Counted from the stretch's first letter, positions 53,090-63,219 are shown. The stretch: DNA of 64,000 bases from an uncultured Desulfobacter sp. (GCA_963665095.1 OY762069.1:2528001-2592000), one strand, 5' to 3'. Notes: generated by a model not told the origin, from the letters alone. Numbers and translations: made by a program.

Positions 53090-54451
53090 TTAGGGGGATA
53101 CCCTCAAGGACTTTTTCAGAATATCATCTGTCACCTTTCCTTTGATGATTCGGATATGTGGCACATTGATAAGCATCGGTCTTGTGGCCCTTCCTTTCAG
53201 TTTTACGATTGCCTGACCGATTTTCAAAAGATCGATATATTTCATTTCTTCGATCTCAAGCATCATGCATTGGGAAATATCAAGGATATCCTTGCCATTG
53301 CCGAGATTGAAAGTGATTTTGCAATAAGTGTTTGCCTTAATAGAATCAGAGAGTTTGCTTGGTTCCTGATCAATAGCTACGATTGCCTCACCGAACTCCC
53401 TTATCTGACGAAGTGATGTTTCAATTATGGTCTCAGCACCATCCAAATTTTCTTTTTGGTTGGAAAGGATGTGGTGGGCTTCTTCAATCAGGATTGCGTG
53501 CTTGAATAATTCTCGCTTAGATTCATTTTTCCGGTATTCGTATATCCAAAGGATTAAGGCTTCAGTGAAAAACACCTTATCATTGTCACTGACTGAATCC
53601 ATCTCGATGATGATATCTTGTTCCAACAATTTCCCTATATCGATCTTTTCCTTTGTCTCAAACGAAATGCCAAGGCCATACTTATACGTCATACTCTCAA
53701 GTGCTCTCATTGTTGACGCTTTCCAAAGAGACATCCTGCCTGTAAGTGGTAAGCTTAAAACATAAGCTTTTATCTCAGAAAATGTCGGGTATGAACCTGA
53801 CCCTTCAAACACGCCATGCCGTTCATAAACTTTTTCAATTGCGAGCCGCAGTAGATATTCAACCCCGTCACCACAGAAATATGCGTGCTTTATTATATCG
53901 ACAAGCCTTGCAAGCCAAACACCTGGATCAATCTTATCAGGCGGGATAAGTGGATTGAAAAAAAACGCTGATATCCTGCTTCCTATAGTATAAATTTTCA
54001 AATCCTCAAATCTGCTTAGCTGGATCAAGTCCCTGTAATTCCTTTTCCAATCAAAAACCATGAATGGTTTTTTATTCTTTTTAAGCTCTTTTAGGATCTG
54101 GAAACATAGATTTGTTTTTCCGACACCAGACATGCCTGTGATAAGAATATGCTTGAGCCATTCATTCTCTCTAATTCCAAATCTGGCATAACTTTTATCA
54201 GGATAAATGATGGTGCCTAAATGATATTCGCCTTCGCATGCATATGTAGGTTCAGGGTCAAGATGAATATTTTTATTGAAATCCTTTCCGATTTTTTGGT
54301 CAAGTAGAATATCTATCAATTCTTCTGTTTCTTGACGTTCCTCAGAATCTCCTGAAAGATATAGCAACCATAAGAGGTCTGCCTGGTCGTCAACAGATTT
54401 CAGTTTCCGCAGTTTTTCAGAAATCTCAGGCATGGTGATCTTATGTTGCAT
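53090..54451 (-). CDS. HerA/FtsK-superfamily ATPase (DUF87-like)
   Basis: HILITGMSGVGKT, FDWK, ILIEEAH, IREFG, IDQEPSKL. Confidence 0.88.
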   Translation of the reverse strand: MQHKITMPEISEKLRKLKSVDDQADLLWLLYLSGDSEERQETEELIDILLDQKIGKDFNKNIHLDPEPTYACEGEYHLGTIIYPDKSYARFGIRENEWLKHILITGMSGVGKTNLCFQILKELKKNKKPFMVFDWKRNYRDLIQLSRFEDLKIYTIGSRISAFFFNPLIPPDKIDPGVWLARLVDIIKHAYFCGDGVEYLLRLAIEKVYERHGVFEGSGSYPTFSEIKAYVLSLPLTGRMSLWKASTMRALESMTYKYGLGISFETKEKIDIGKLLEQDIIIEMDSVSDNDKVFFTEALILWIYEYRKNESKRELFKHAILIEEAHHILSNQKENLDGAETIIETSLRQIREFGEAIVAIDQEPSKLSDSIKANTYCKITFNLGNGKDILDISQCMMLEIEEMKYIDLLKIGQAIVKLKGRATRPMLINVPHIRIIKGKVTDDILKKSLRVSP

Positions 54452-54458
54452 TGCTCAT

Positions 54459-54731
54459 CTATTTGAATCGTTCTTTGATGCCTTTCATCTTTTCATGGAT
54501 ACTCAAAAGTTTTCGGTAACAATCAATCTCAGCAATTTCACGTTTCTGCCTCAGCTCGGTCAGATACTTCTCATACCATTCCATCTGCTTTTTAATACGG
54601 TACGCCTTCTCTTCAGCATTCTGAATCCGGTAATTGATAATCCGCAATGCTTCATTTTTTTCTTTTATTGCCCTGTCCATTTCATATTTCAGGACTTCGA
54701 TTTGAGTATCCTTGTTTATGTCATTATCCAT
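54459..54731 (-). CDS. Small coiled-coil protein
   Basis: 90 aa, ends 7 bp before the ATPase start. Confidence 0.6.
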   Translation of the reverse strand: MDNDINKDTQIEVLKYEMDRAIKEKNEALRIINYRIQNAEEKAYRIKKQMEWYEKYLTELRQKREIAEIDCYRKLLSIHEKMKGIKERFK

Positions 54732-54891
54732 AAGATGAATCGATCGTTTGGTGATTTATGAATTTTGTAATGCATTTTGCAGTGCCATAATCATTTCTAA
54801 AAAACACGAGGAGCTAAAAAATCAAGATAAACCAATCTTGGTTTATTTCAGGGGTGAAGAGATATATTCTAAACCATCAATAGATAGAGGA

Positions 54892-55134
54892 ATGGTAAAG
54901 ATAAGGACGATCCAGGTCAGGTTGGATAGGCAGCAGTATGACAGGATAAAAACCGATTGCAAAAATCAAGGTTTCAACTCACTATCTGCATATTTCCGAT
55001 TTTTAGCGTTGTACCGGGATCGAATTTTATCAAAAAAGATACTTGAGATCCATGATTCAATCGTCGGTCAAAAATCATCGAAAAATTCATCCTATAAAAA
55101 ATCTCACGATGAAGAACTCAAAAAGGCCTTATAA
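54892..55134 (+). CDS. Ribbon-helix-helix DNA-binding protein
   Basis: TIQVRL..YDRIK..GFNSLSAYFR pattern; GAGG RBS. Confidence 0.72.
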   Translation: MVKIRTIQVRLDRQQYDRIKTDCKNQGFNSLSAYFRFLALYRDRILSKKILEIHDSIVGQKSSKNSSYKKSHDEELKKAL

Positions 55135-55618
55135 ATATTATATTGCGACATTCAATGACTATACTCTCTCGAATATCGAAAACAAAAAGACAAGAGATGT
55201 TGCTGTAACAGGCAATAATGGCAAGCCTGATTTATTGAACAATATCCTAAAAGATAAGTTTGACACGATCAGGGTCTCTTTGTCTGATATAGTATATGAG
55301 ATCCACACCCGGTCGTCACTTGATCATACACTGACTGGCAGAATCAACGATGAAATCTGCGAATTAAGAACCAACCTCATGGAACTTGAAAACTGGCCGA
55401 TCGGCAGCAATATGGCAATCGATAAACGAAGGCAAAATCTTGAAGACAAAATCAATGGACTTGAAAAAGAGCTTCGCAACAAAGATATCCGAAGATGGCA
55501 GGATCTCGTTGTCCTGAAAAAAGAATTCAGAAAAACATTCCGGGAATATAAAGACATAAAAAGGAAATTCCTGATAATCGAAGATGGAAACAAAAAGCGA
55601 ATCGAAAATCGAGAATAG
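55109..55618 (+). CDS. Coiled-coil hypothetical protein
   Basis: 169 aa, overlaps the RHH gene end. Confidence 0.65.
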   Translation: MKNSKRPYKYYIATFNDYTLSNIENKKTRDVAVTGNNGKPDLLNNILKDKFDTIRVSLSDIVYEIHTRSSLDHTLTGRINDEICELRTNLMELENWPIGSNMAIDKRRQNLEDKINGLEKELRNKDIRRWQDLVVLKKEFRKTFREYKDIKRKFLIIEDGNKKRIENRE

Positions 55619-55884
55619 TATCAAGGATCATGATGAAATTGACACTCCAAAATGGATCAAAATTCTGAAGGACAGTTTCATCAAATATGGCTGATTTCTT
55701 TATATAGGTCCATTATCGAAAAGTTTATATAACCAGTTCTACTCAATTCATTCAGTTAGTCAGGTTTTTATCAAAAAAAAGATGGGAGTTGAACAAATCT
55801 GTTCATTGCCCGCCAGGGGCTTATATACATTTTCGTTCAATTCCCTACAAAATATTTAAAGAAACCTGGCTTGAGGTACTTTAA

Positions 55885-57084
55885 ATGAAACACATTGAGG
55901 AAATTGACATCCATAATGCGGAATATAGGTATCAGATTGCAATCAAGAATTTCAGAAATGATCCGGATGCAACTGATGCGAATAAAACATATATTCAGGA
56001 TTTTCTGAGCGACTGTCAGATCGGAAAGACGATTCTCAAGAAGGCCAAGAAAAAAATCAAGGCTAAGAGGCTGATGAAATACTTATACATATTAAAAAAG
56101 GTCGACCTGTTTCTTAAAAAAGATTTCAAAAATGTCACCCAAAATGACATGGAAAATTTTATCAGGAAACTGGAAAGCAATGAGCTGACGACAATGAATC
56201 AGAACGGGACATTGAAAAAGCATCATTATGGAGAATGGACAAAACATGATATAAAAATTGCATTGAAAAAATTCTACAAATGGCTTCTCGGTAATAATTC
56301 TGAGTATCCGTCAATCGTTTCTTGGATTGATACGCATATCAAAGAATCAGACCCACCTGCATTGAATAAAGACGAAATTGATTCTCTATCTGAATACGCA
56401 ATTGGTCCAAGATCGAAAGCTTTGGTCTGGTGCCTCTTTGAAACCGGTGCACGGGCAAGTGAACTTCTCAATGTCCGATTATGCCATGTATCCGATAAAG
56501 GAAAACATTTTATCATCAGAATCGAATTTTCAAAAACATTCAAAAGATCTGTACCGATTTTTGAGGGACATGAATTCTTAAAAGAATGGTTGATTGTGCA
56601 CCCTGACAAAAACAATCCAGAAGCACAACTGTTTCCGATGACATATGGGGCATTAAGGATGTGGTTGAAACGTCTGGGTAAAAAAGCACTCAAAAAAGAA
56701 GTCCATCCCCATTTAATGAGGCATAGTTATGCTACTTGGCTTGCCGGAAAGAAAGTCGGCAGGTATCAAATGTGCAAATTGATGGGTTGGGCAATGAGTT
56801 CAAACATGCCTGACAGGTATATAGACCGTCAAGGTGTAATCGAAGAAGAGACAATTCAGAGCATTAGGGGCGATGAACTCAAAAAAGAACATGCAGTCAA
56901 TCATGAATTGAAAAATGAGCTTAACACCCTTCAAATGAAATATAACCAGATCATCGAACAGCTTGAACGAAAAAAAGGGGTCGACAATCTGATGGAAAAA
57001 TTGGTTGCAGATACCGAAGTCCAACAGATTCTATGCCAGAAGATCAAGGAAATGGGCCTCAAAACAGAGTTTTCACAGCTTTGA
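55885..57084 (+). CDS. Tyrosine recombinase/integrase
   Basis: ETGARASE (R), HLMRHS (HxxR), MGW, DRY (Y); C-terminal coiled coil. Confidence 0.94.
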   Translation: MKHIEEIDIHNAEYRYQIAIKNFRNDPDATDANKTYIQDFLSDCQIGKTILKKAKKKIKAKRLMKYLYILKKVDLFLKKDFKNVTQNDMENFIRKLESNELTTMNQNGTLKKHHYGEWTKHDIKIALKKFYKWLLGNNSEYPSIVSWIDTHIKESDPPALNKDEIDSLSEYAIGPRSKALVWCLFETGARASELLNVRLCHVSDKGKHFIIRIEFSKTFKRSVPIFEGHEFLKEWLIVHPDKNNPEAQLFPMTYGALRMWLKRLGKKALKKEVHPHLMRHSYATWLAGKKVGRYQMCKLMGWAMSSNMPDRYIDRQGVIEEETIQSIRGDELKKEHAVNHELKNELNTLQMKYNQIIEQLERKKGVDNLMEKLVADTEVQQILCQKIKEMGLKTEFSQL

Positions 57085-57294
57085 CTGATTCTGAAAATTT
57101 TATTAATTATTTCAGCCTTTTTCTACTGATTCTGCTGTCTATAAATAAGAGGAAAAGGGATGGAGAATAGCATAAATGAGGGGTCAATTATGGAAATAGG
57201 TATTGGGTAAATAATGGAATAATGCAGTACAAAGTTAATAAGTGCTCCTGCAATTAATTGGTTTAAGAGAGGTTGATTGTGGGGGAATGATACC

Positions 57295-57804
57295 ATGAAT
57301 TCACGGTATGTTGATTGGCAAAAAGAGTATCAGAGAGATACATGGGAATATGTAGGCAGGGATGCCCTTGTAAAAACACATGGTGAGTATTCAAGGGGTA
57401 ATCCTGACGGAGTGGAAGCTGACGATGGTTATCCGATGATGAATTTTGCGTATCCATTGAATAATGATGATGTCAGCCTGGAAAAAATTGTAGAGGTATG
57501 TGAAAAGACGAACTGTACTGTCATATATAATAACGAAGATGACAGATATTACCTTGCCCTTACAGGCGGTGGTATGGATCTTACACAGGATATTGCACTT
57601 GCATACATGATCGCAGACGGCTGCATAGAATGGGACATGCTCCGGGATGTTTATATCGATGCACCTTTAAGCGTAAGCAAGAATGAATATAAAATGATCC
57701 TGACCGAACTTCAAAGACAGCTTCAAATTTCAATCAGCAATTATCAATCACAGCTCAAAAGGGTAAATCAGAATCTGGAATCAATTCTTGATAAAAAAGA
57801 TTGA
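57295..57804 (+). CDS. Acidic hypothetical protein
   Basis: YPMMNFAYPL and LALTGGGMDL; co-oriented with its neighbours. Confidence 0.7.
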   Translation: MNSRYVDWQKEYQRDTWEYVGRDALVKTHGEYSRGNPDGVEADDGYPMMNFAYPLNNDDVSLEKIVEVCEKTNCTVIYNNEDDRYYLALTGGGMDLTQDIALAYMIADGCIEWDMLRDVYIDAPLSVSKNEYKMILTELQRQLQISISNYQSQLKRVNQNLESILDKKD

Positions 57805-57836
57805 GACTGTGAAAAAAGTCTTTTGGAGGACAAAAA

Positions 57837-58145
57837 ATGGATGAAAAAAAGAATTGGGAATACATCGAGACTGAAGTCTGGAAACCGACCAAAGATAAAG
57901 ATCATCTGATCGGCACACTGATTGGCAAGGCAGAAAAAGATGAAAATATCGGTGCCAGGTATTATGTTGAAAACAATTCCGGCAAATTCATTGTGTGGGG
58001 TAGTGCAATCCTTGATAACAAGATGCAGTTCGTAAACATCGGTCAGACTGTCCGGATCTGTTATAAAGGAAAATCAAAAGGCAGGAATGGCCAGGACCTG
58101 AACAATTTCACAGTCGCTGTACAGAAGGCTTCCCTATCCAGTTGA
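57837..58145 (+). CDS. Small beta-rich, possibly OB-fold/SSB-like protein, paralog 1
   Basis: VWKP..LIG..ARY..VWG..ILD..IGQ..GK..GQDLN; GGAGG RBS. Confidence 0.7.
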   Translation: MDEKKNWEYIETEVWKPTKDKDHLIGTLIGKAEKDENIGARYYVENNSGKFIVWGSAILDNKMQFVNIGQTVRICYKGKSKGRNGQDLNNFTVAVQKASLSS

Positions 58146-58419
58146 CAGTATGATCTGAACCATTCTGATGTTTGAGGCGGCATTGATGACTCTTGCAGTC
58201 CATGATGCAGATACAGATTCGAATTTGAAATAGCTTTTATAGACTGACATCCAAATCAAATTTTCATTTTTAAATTTAAATGTATCATCGCTAAAAAATT
58301 CTTCATCAATATCAATCCAGTTGAATTATCTATCAGCTAACATCTTCCTGGGACATGAATCTATGTGACTTTCCCGCCCAACTTTCCGGGGCGGCAAAGA
58401 TCCCCGGAGGTAGATATGA

Positions 58420-60009
58420 ATGGAAATCGATACGGAAAAAATAATTGTTAAAAACAATCCAAGAAAAGATTTCGGTAACATGGACGAACTGGTTGCATCT
58501 GTCAAGGAAAAAGGTGTCATTGAACCGATTGTCGTAAAAAATCTTGGAAACGGAAATTTTGAACTGATAGCTGGCGAACGACGGCTTCGAGCTGCCAAAT
58601 CCGCAGGTTTGAAAACAATCCCTTACTGCCAATATTCTGAACAAAATGATACTGACATTGAAGAGGTCAAGCTTGTTGAGAACATGCACAGGAAAGGTTT
58701 CAATCCTGTTGAAGAAGCCGAAGCGTTCAATCAATACCTGGACATTACAAAACAAAGCATCGATACTCTGGCCCAAAAGATATCTAAGCCGAAGATGTAT
58801 ATCCAACGACGCCTTGAACTTCTGGCTCTTCCTGATGAGATAACAATTGCATTATCTGAAGGAAAAATCCAGCTTGGCCATGCCTTGATGCTTGCCCGGA
58901 TAAAAAATGTATCTGACCAGAAAAAGATGTTCAAGATGGTTGTCAGCGAAAAAATGGGTGTGCATGAAGCTGAAAAGAATATGAGATACGCAGATTCATC
59001 CGCACAACTCAAAAATTCTGTCTTTGACACTGCATCATGCAAAGGTTGCAGGCATAACGGCGGCGAACAGTCACTTTTATTTGAATCCGGGACTGGATTG
59101 AAAGACCTCTGCCTGAACAAGAGATGCTTTATCTCAAAAACTCTTGCCTGGAAAGAACAGGAAATAAAGAACCTGAAAAAAGACGGCGTCAAGGTTCTCT
59201 CCCCTACTAACCTTGAAAAGCTCAAGACCAAGCAACATGTCTCAGAATATGACGATGATTATAAATCGGTCGTACAGAAACTGTCCAAAGAGCCAGAAAA
59301 CTATGCAGTGGTGTTTGATGAAGATTATCGTGGTGTGCCCATAAAACATATCTATTGCACCAACCCAAAAGCGAGACGAGCAGCATCCAGACCTCAGACA
59401 GTCAATGATGAAAAGGAAAGATTGCAGAATGCAAATGACAAACTTAAATCCAGGGTCCATGAATTCAGAAGGAATTTCCTGATTGAAAAATCAAGACAGC
59501 TGATTGCCACTGGAAAAAAGGAATCAAAAGCCATGACATTGTACTCATTGTTAAGAGAGGGGTGTGACTGGAAGGATCGGGCCAAACGGGACCTTACCCA
59601 GGACATCATCAAATCTTCAAAGACCGGTGTTGAAATCTACGGTTGCATCGAGCCAAACTTCAGCAAGATTCTATCCCTTGATGAAAACGAGATTGACAGG
59701 CTTATAACTGAGGTCTCATCTTTGTGGATAAAAAACCTTGGCAATGAACTCCAAAAAGCTTCAGCGGTTTTCGGTGTCGATATAAAAAAGCATTTCGTCA
59801 TCACTGAAGATTATCTGAAACTTCATACAAAAGACCAGCTGATATCCCTTGCAAAAGAGATAGGTCTTGACAGACATCTGGATAAAAAAGGCATTGAGAA
59901 ATGGGACAAGGCAAAACGTTCAGAACTGATAGATAATTTCCTTGACTCCGGTTTTGACCTGAAAGGCAAAGTCCCGGTCATTATGAAAAAAGGAGTAGCT
60001 AATCAATAG
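58420..60009 (+). CDS. ParB/Spo0J-family protein with a long C-terminal extension
   Basis: GVIEPIVV, LIAGERRLRA, ENMHRK, HTH, then a Cys cluster. Confidence 0.92.
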   Translation: MEIDTEKIIVKNNPRKDFGNMDELVASVKEKGVIEPIVVKNLGNGNFELIAGERRLRAAKSAGLKTIPYCQYSEQNDTDIEEVKLVENMHRKGFNPVEEAEAFNQYLDITKQSIDTLAQKISKPKMYIQRRLELLALPDEITIALSEGKIQLGHALMLARIKNVSDQKKMFKMVVSEKMGVHEAEKNMRYADSSAQLKNSVFDTASCKGCRHNGGEQSLLFESGTGLKDLCLNKRCFISKTLAWKEQEIKNLKKDGVKVLSPTNLEKLKTKQHVSEYDDDYKSVVQKLSKEPENYAVVFDEDYRGVPIKHIYCTNPKARRAASRPQTVNDEKERLQNANDKLKSRVHEFRRNFLIEKSRQLIATGKKESKAMTLYSLLREGCDWKDRAKRDLTQDIIKSSKTGVEIYGCIEPNFSKILSLDENEIDRLITEVSSLWIKNLGNELQKASAVFGVDIKKHFVITEDYLKLHTKDQLISLAKEIGLDRHLDKKGIEKWDKAKRSELIDNFLDSGFDLKGKVPVIMKKGVANQ

Positions 60010-60181
60010 CTGACAGATATTTTGGGTATCCCCCTTAATCCTGAAGGGGAATTACCCTTTTGGAGCGTGAGATGCAAGATGAAAAAAGACAGCTTGAATG
60101 ACAAACTGTGGTATGACGCATGGATAGAATCCTTTGAAGATGACTATCCAATGAATAAAAACAAGACCGAGGTGGCAAACA

Positions 60182-60550
60182 ATGTCAGGAAATGAATGGC
60201 AAAAGATAGAACCAGGTGTCTGGAAACCTGAAAATAAAGGTGACTCAATAATCGGTGTTCTTATCAGTAAAGAGCCAAAAACTGAAGATTCAAGCGCTAG
60301 ATACAATATCGAGAACCAAGACGGCATATTCCTTGTCTGGGGAACGACCATACTTGACGACCGGCTCCGGCATGTCCAGATAGGCCAAAAATTAAAGATT
60401 GTTTTTAATGGCAAGACTAAAAATAAGCGTGGCCAGGACCTGAACCTTTATGAAGTTGCTGTCGCAAAAAATCCGAAGAACAACCAAGTATTGACGGATT
60501 TGAAATTTAAAAATGGCAACGAGCTTATCCCTGCCGGAGATATCCTTTGA
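60182..60550 (+). CDS. Small beta-rich, possibly OB-fold/SSB-like protein, paralog 2
   Basis: Collinear with 57837-58145. Confidence 0.7.
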   Translation: MSGNEWQKIEPGVWKPENKGDSIIGVLISKEPKTEDSSARYNIENQDGIFLVWGTTILDDRLRHVQIGQKLKIVFNGKTKNKRGQDLNLYEVAVAKNPKNNQVLTDLKFKNGNELIPAGDIL

Positions 60551-60623
60551 TTTCTTTTGTTATGATTTTTTCTTTTTCAGTCCAATGCCTTGAGGCCTAA
60601 AAGACCATTCGGAGATGAAATAT

Positions 60624-60776
60624 ATGTCAAAAGATAGCAGATGCGTATGTATGGAATGCCCTAAATGCAAATGTATGGCCCTTGTGATTCATAGTGAGGG
60701 TATATTATCAGACGGCAGGCATTATCCAATGGAACGTTGCATTAATTGCGGATTTGAACCAACAGATTTCGAATAA
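60624..60776 (+). CDS. 50-aa zinc-ribbon microprotein (not in the ORF track)
   Basis: Hand translation gives CPKC and CINCG; GGAG RBS. Confidence 0.6.
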   Translation: MSKDSRCVCMECPKCKCMALVIHSEGILSDGRHYPMERCINCGFEPTDFE

Positions 60777-61051
60777 ATTTCTAAGATTTCTTTTTTTATA
60801 TTGAGATTTTCCTGTCAATTTACTGCTAAAGCTTTAAAAGCGATTTGCCATTGAGGGAAAATCGCCAATTTAAATCTTTCCCCTTCGGGTCGCTTATGAC
60901 AGCGATTGTCCTTTCTGAACCAACCTACACTAAATTTTCATTCTCCGATTTATTGTCACGGTTCGCTATCTGATATCTAGTTTGGCCCGCTCTCATTTTT
61001 CTGTTGAATGAGAGCGGACGCAAAGACGCCCGTTCTTGGAGGCATATAAAA

Positions 61052-61621
61052 ATGAACCGAGAACAGATAAGTTCAGAAGTTGATGCATGGATTGCAGAAG
61101 AAGAATTACCGACCTGCTTAAAACCGGTAAAGATGTACGACAGCCTGTATCCTGGCAATGATGAAGAAGAAAGAGAAGCGTACCTGGATTTCATGCACTG
61201 GCATTTGACCAAAGATTGGGAATTATTGAACCTGATACCAGACAACAGGAACACGGACTATTTCCAGAATCCAATATCAGCAAATGAAGACAGTGCCTTT
61301 TACACGATGGATTATCGGAAAAAGGCTGGATACAGCTTCAGCGGGTATTACTTAAGATTAAAGAAAATATACGAAAGAATCAAAGACCTTGCCATATTGC
61401 ACAGCTCTATAAGCCATGAGGAAGGCAGAGCAAATATCAGGCAGAGGTACAACAATCTGGTCGATGATGAATTTCGGACCCAGAGAAACGAGATTCTTGA
61501 CACATTGAGGAAAAATCCTCAGTTGATAGACAAAGGTAAGGCATTAGAGCGATTGTCAGAACTCAATATCAGAATCAGCAAAGCATACAGCATCTGGAAT
61601 CAATATGCGGACTGGAAATAG
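61052..61621 (+). CDS. Hypothetical protein
   Basis: GGAGG RBS before the ATG at 61052; 189 aa. Confidence 0.7.
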   Translation: MNREQISSEVDAWIAEEELPTCLKPVKMYDSLYPGNDEEEREAYLDFMHWHLTKDWELLNLIPDNRNTDYFQNPISANEDSAFYTMDYRKKAGYSFSGYYLRLKKIYERIKDLAILHSSISHEEGRANIRQRYNNLVDDEFRTQRNEILDTLRKNPQLIDKGKALERLSELNIRISKAYSIWNQYADWK

Positions 61622-61698
61622 GTGCATCCGGAACAGGATGCCTTCTTGATGATTCCCATTACTAAGCAGATGGGAATCATCCCGGAGGTAAACTGAAA

Positions 61699-62505
61699 AT
61701 GAACAAAAACATCCAGCAGATCCTGAATTCAATATTATCAGCCTTTGAATCAGGCGATATTCCAGAGGCAGTTGCAGTGGCAAGCTTCCCTATCCCGGAT
61801 ATTCCAAGCGCTCAATGGAGCTTTACGAATCGGACCATCCAGTTCATTAACAGGACCGGAGATGCACGAGGCTTCCGACAATGGAAAAATGCCGGTCGTG
61901 GCGTGAAAAAGGGTTCTAAGGCCATCTATATCCTTGTCCCCTGCTTTAAATCCCAAAACGATGATGAAACGGAGGATGAAGAGAAAATGGTGAAATATTT
62001 CAAAGCGACGCCTGTGTTCAGAGCAGAAGACACTGATGGGAAACCGTTGGATTACCAAAATATAGAGCTGCCTGATCTGCCATTAATCGAAAGAGCGAAT
62101 GACTGGGGGATAAATGTAAAAGCTGTTCCAGGCAATTACAGGTATTATGGATATTTTGACCCTGAGCAAAAAGAGATCGCTCTTGCCACATCAGCAGAAA
62201 AGACTTTTTTCCATGAACTGGCGCATGCAGCAGATCATATCATCAAGGGCGATCTTAAGCCTGGACAAAACCCGCTACAGGAGATCACAGCAGAGCTAAG
62301 TGCCCAAGCCCTTGCCCGTATTGCAGGCAAAGAAACAGGGGACACCATGGGCAACAGCTATCAGTATATCAAACGCTATGCGAAACAAATCAAGGTGAGT
62401 CCTCATAAAGCCTGCCTCAAAGTCCTTTCAGACACCGAGAAAATCTTGAATCTGATTATATATGGCAAGATTGACGGTTTCAATGATTTTCAAGATTCGG
62501 CATAA
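61699..62505 (+). CDS. ardC: ArdC-like antirestriction protein (ssDNA-binding domain plus zincin)
   Basis: GFRQWKNAGRGVKKGSKA; FHELAH..EITAE. Confidence 0.82.
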   Translation: MNKNIQQILNSILSAFESGDIPEAVAVASFPIPDIPSAQWSFTNRTIQFINRTGDARGFRQWKNAGRGVKKGSKAIYILVPCFKSQNDDETEDEEKMVKYFKATPVFRAEDTDGKPLDYQNIELPDLPLIERANDWGINVKAVPGNYRYYGYFDPEQKEIALATSAEKTFFHELAHAADHIIKGDLKPGQNPLQEITAELSAQALARIAGKETGDTMGNSYQYIKRYAKQIKVSPHKACLKVLSDTEKILNLIIYGKIDGFNDFQDSA

Positions 62506-62571
62506 AATTGTTTCTTATCCGTATTTTCCTTTGGCAAATAACCTCACCAACGCCTTCGAGGTGAGGTTATC

Positions 62572-62982
62572 ATGGAACTAAATGAACTTGAAGAAATGTT
62601 TGTATGTGATGTCGTTGTGGAAAGCAGCACTCAGGTGTATCACGAAATGCGTGATATCAAATCCTGGTCAAAGGAAGCCTTTGTCGCTTTTTATTTGGAT
62701 ACAAGGAACAAGGTCATTTCCCGTGAGATTATCAGTGTCGGCACACTGGATGCAGCCATTATCCATCCTCGTGAAGTTTTCAGGACAGCGATAATGCGTA
62801 ATGCAGCATCAGTTGTGATTGCCCACAACCATCCATCAGGCGGCCTCAGTCCAAGCAACGACGATATCGAAATCACAAAGCAGCTAACAAAGGCCGGTGA
62901 ACTAATCGGCATCCAGCTCATAGACCATGTGATTGTCTCAAGGGATGGATTCTATAGTTTCTGCGATAAGGGCGAAATATAA
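62572..62982 (+). CDS. radC: RadC-like JAB-domain protein
   Basis: IHPREVF, AHNHPSG..PSNDD, DHVIV. Confidence 0.93.
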   Translation: MELNELEEMFVCDVVVESSTQVYHEMRDIKSWSKEAFVAFYLDTRNKVISREIISVGTLDAAIIHPREVFRTAIMRNAASVVIAHNHPSGGLSPSNDDIEITKQLTKAGELIGIQLIDHVIVSRDGFYSFCDKGEI

Positions 62983-63219
62983 CAGCTCTGAGATTTATTA
63001 ACAGCTCAGGATTATACAGTTGACTGACTCTGATCGATTCTGGGCATGGCAGGTCTTTTTTACTTCACCGTCGGTGCACCCCCAAGATCCCCCCCTATGG
63101 AGGCGGTTTTCGGGCATTTCTGGCGAAATGAACACCCTAAATCAGCACCTTAATAGAACTGCGATAGATAGATGGTTAGGGTGTTTACACCTCATAATTC
63201 AACTATAAAAGATATGTCT

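Noticed and set aside
55885..63000. Prophage
   Set aside because: No recognisable capsid, terminase, portal, tail or lysis genes.
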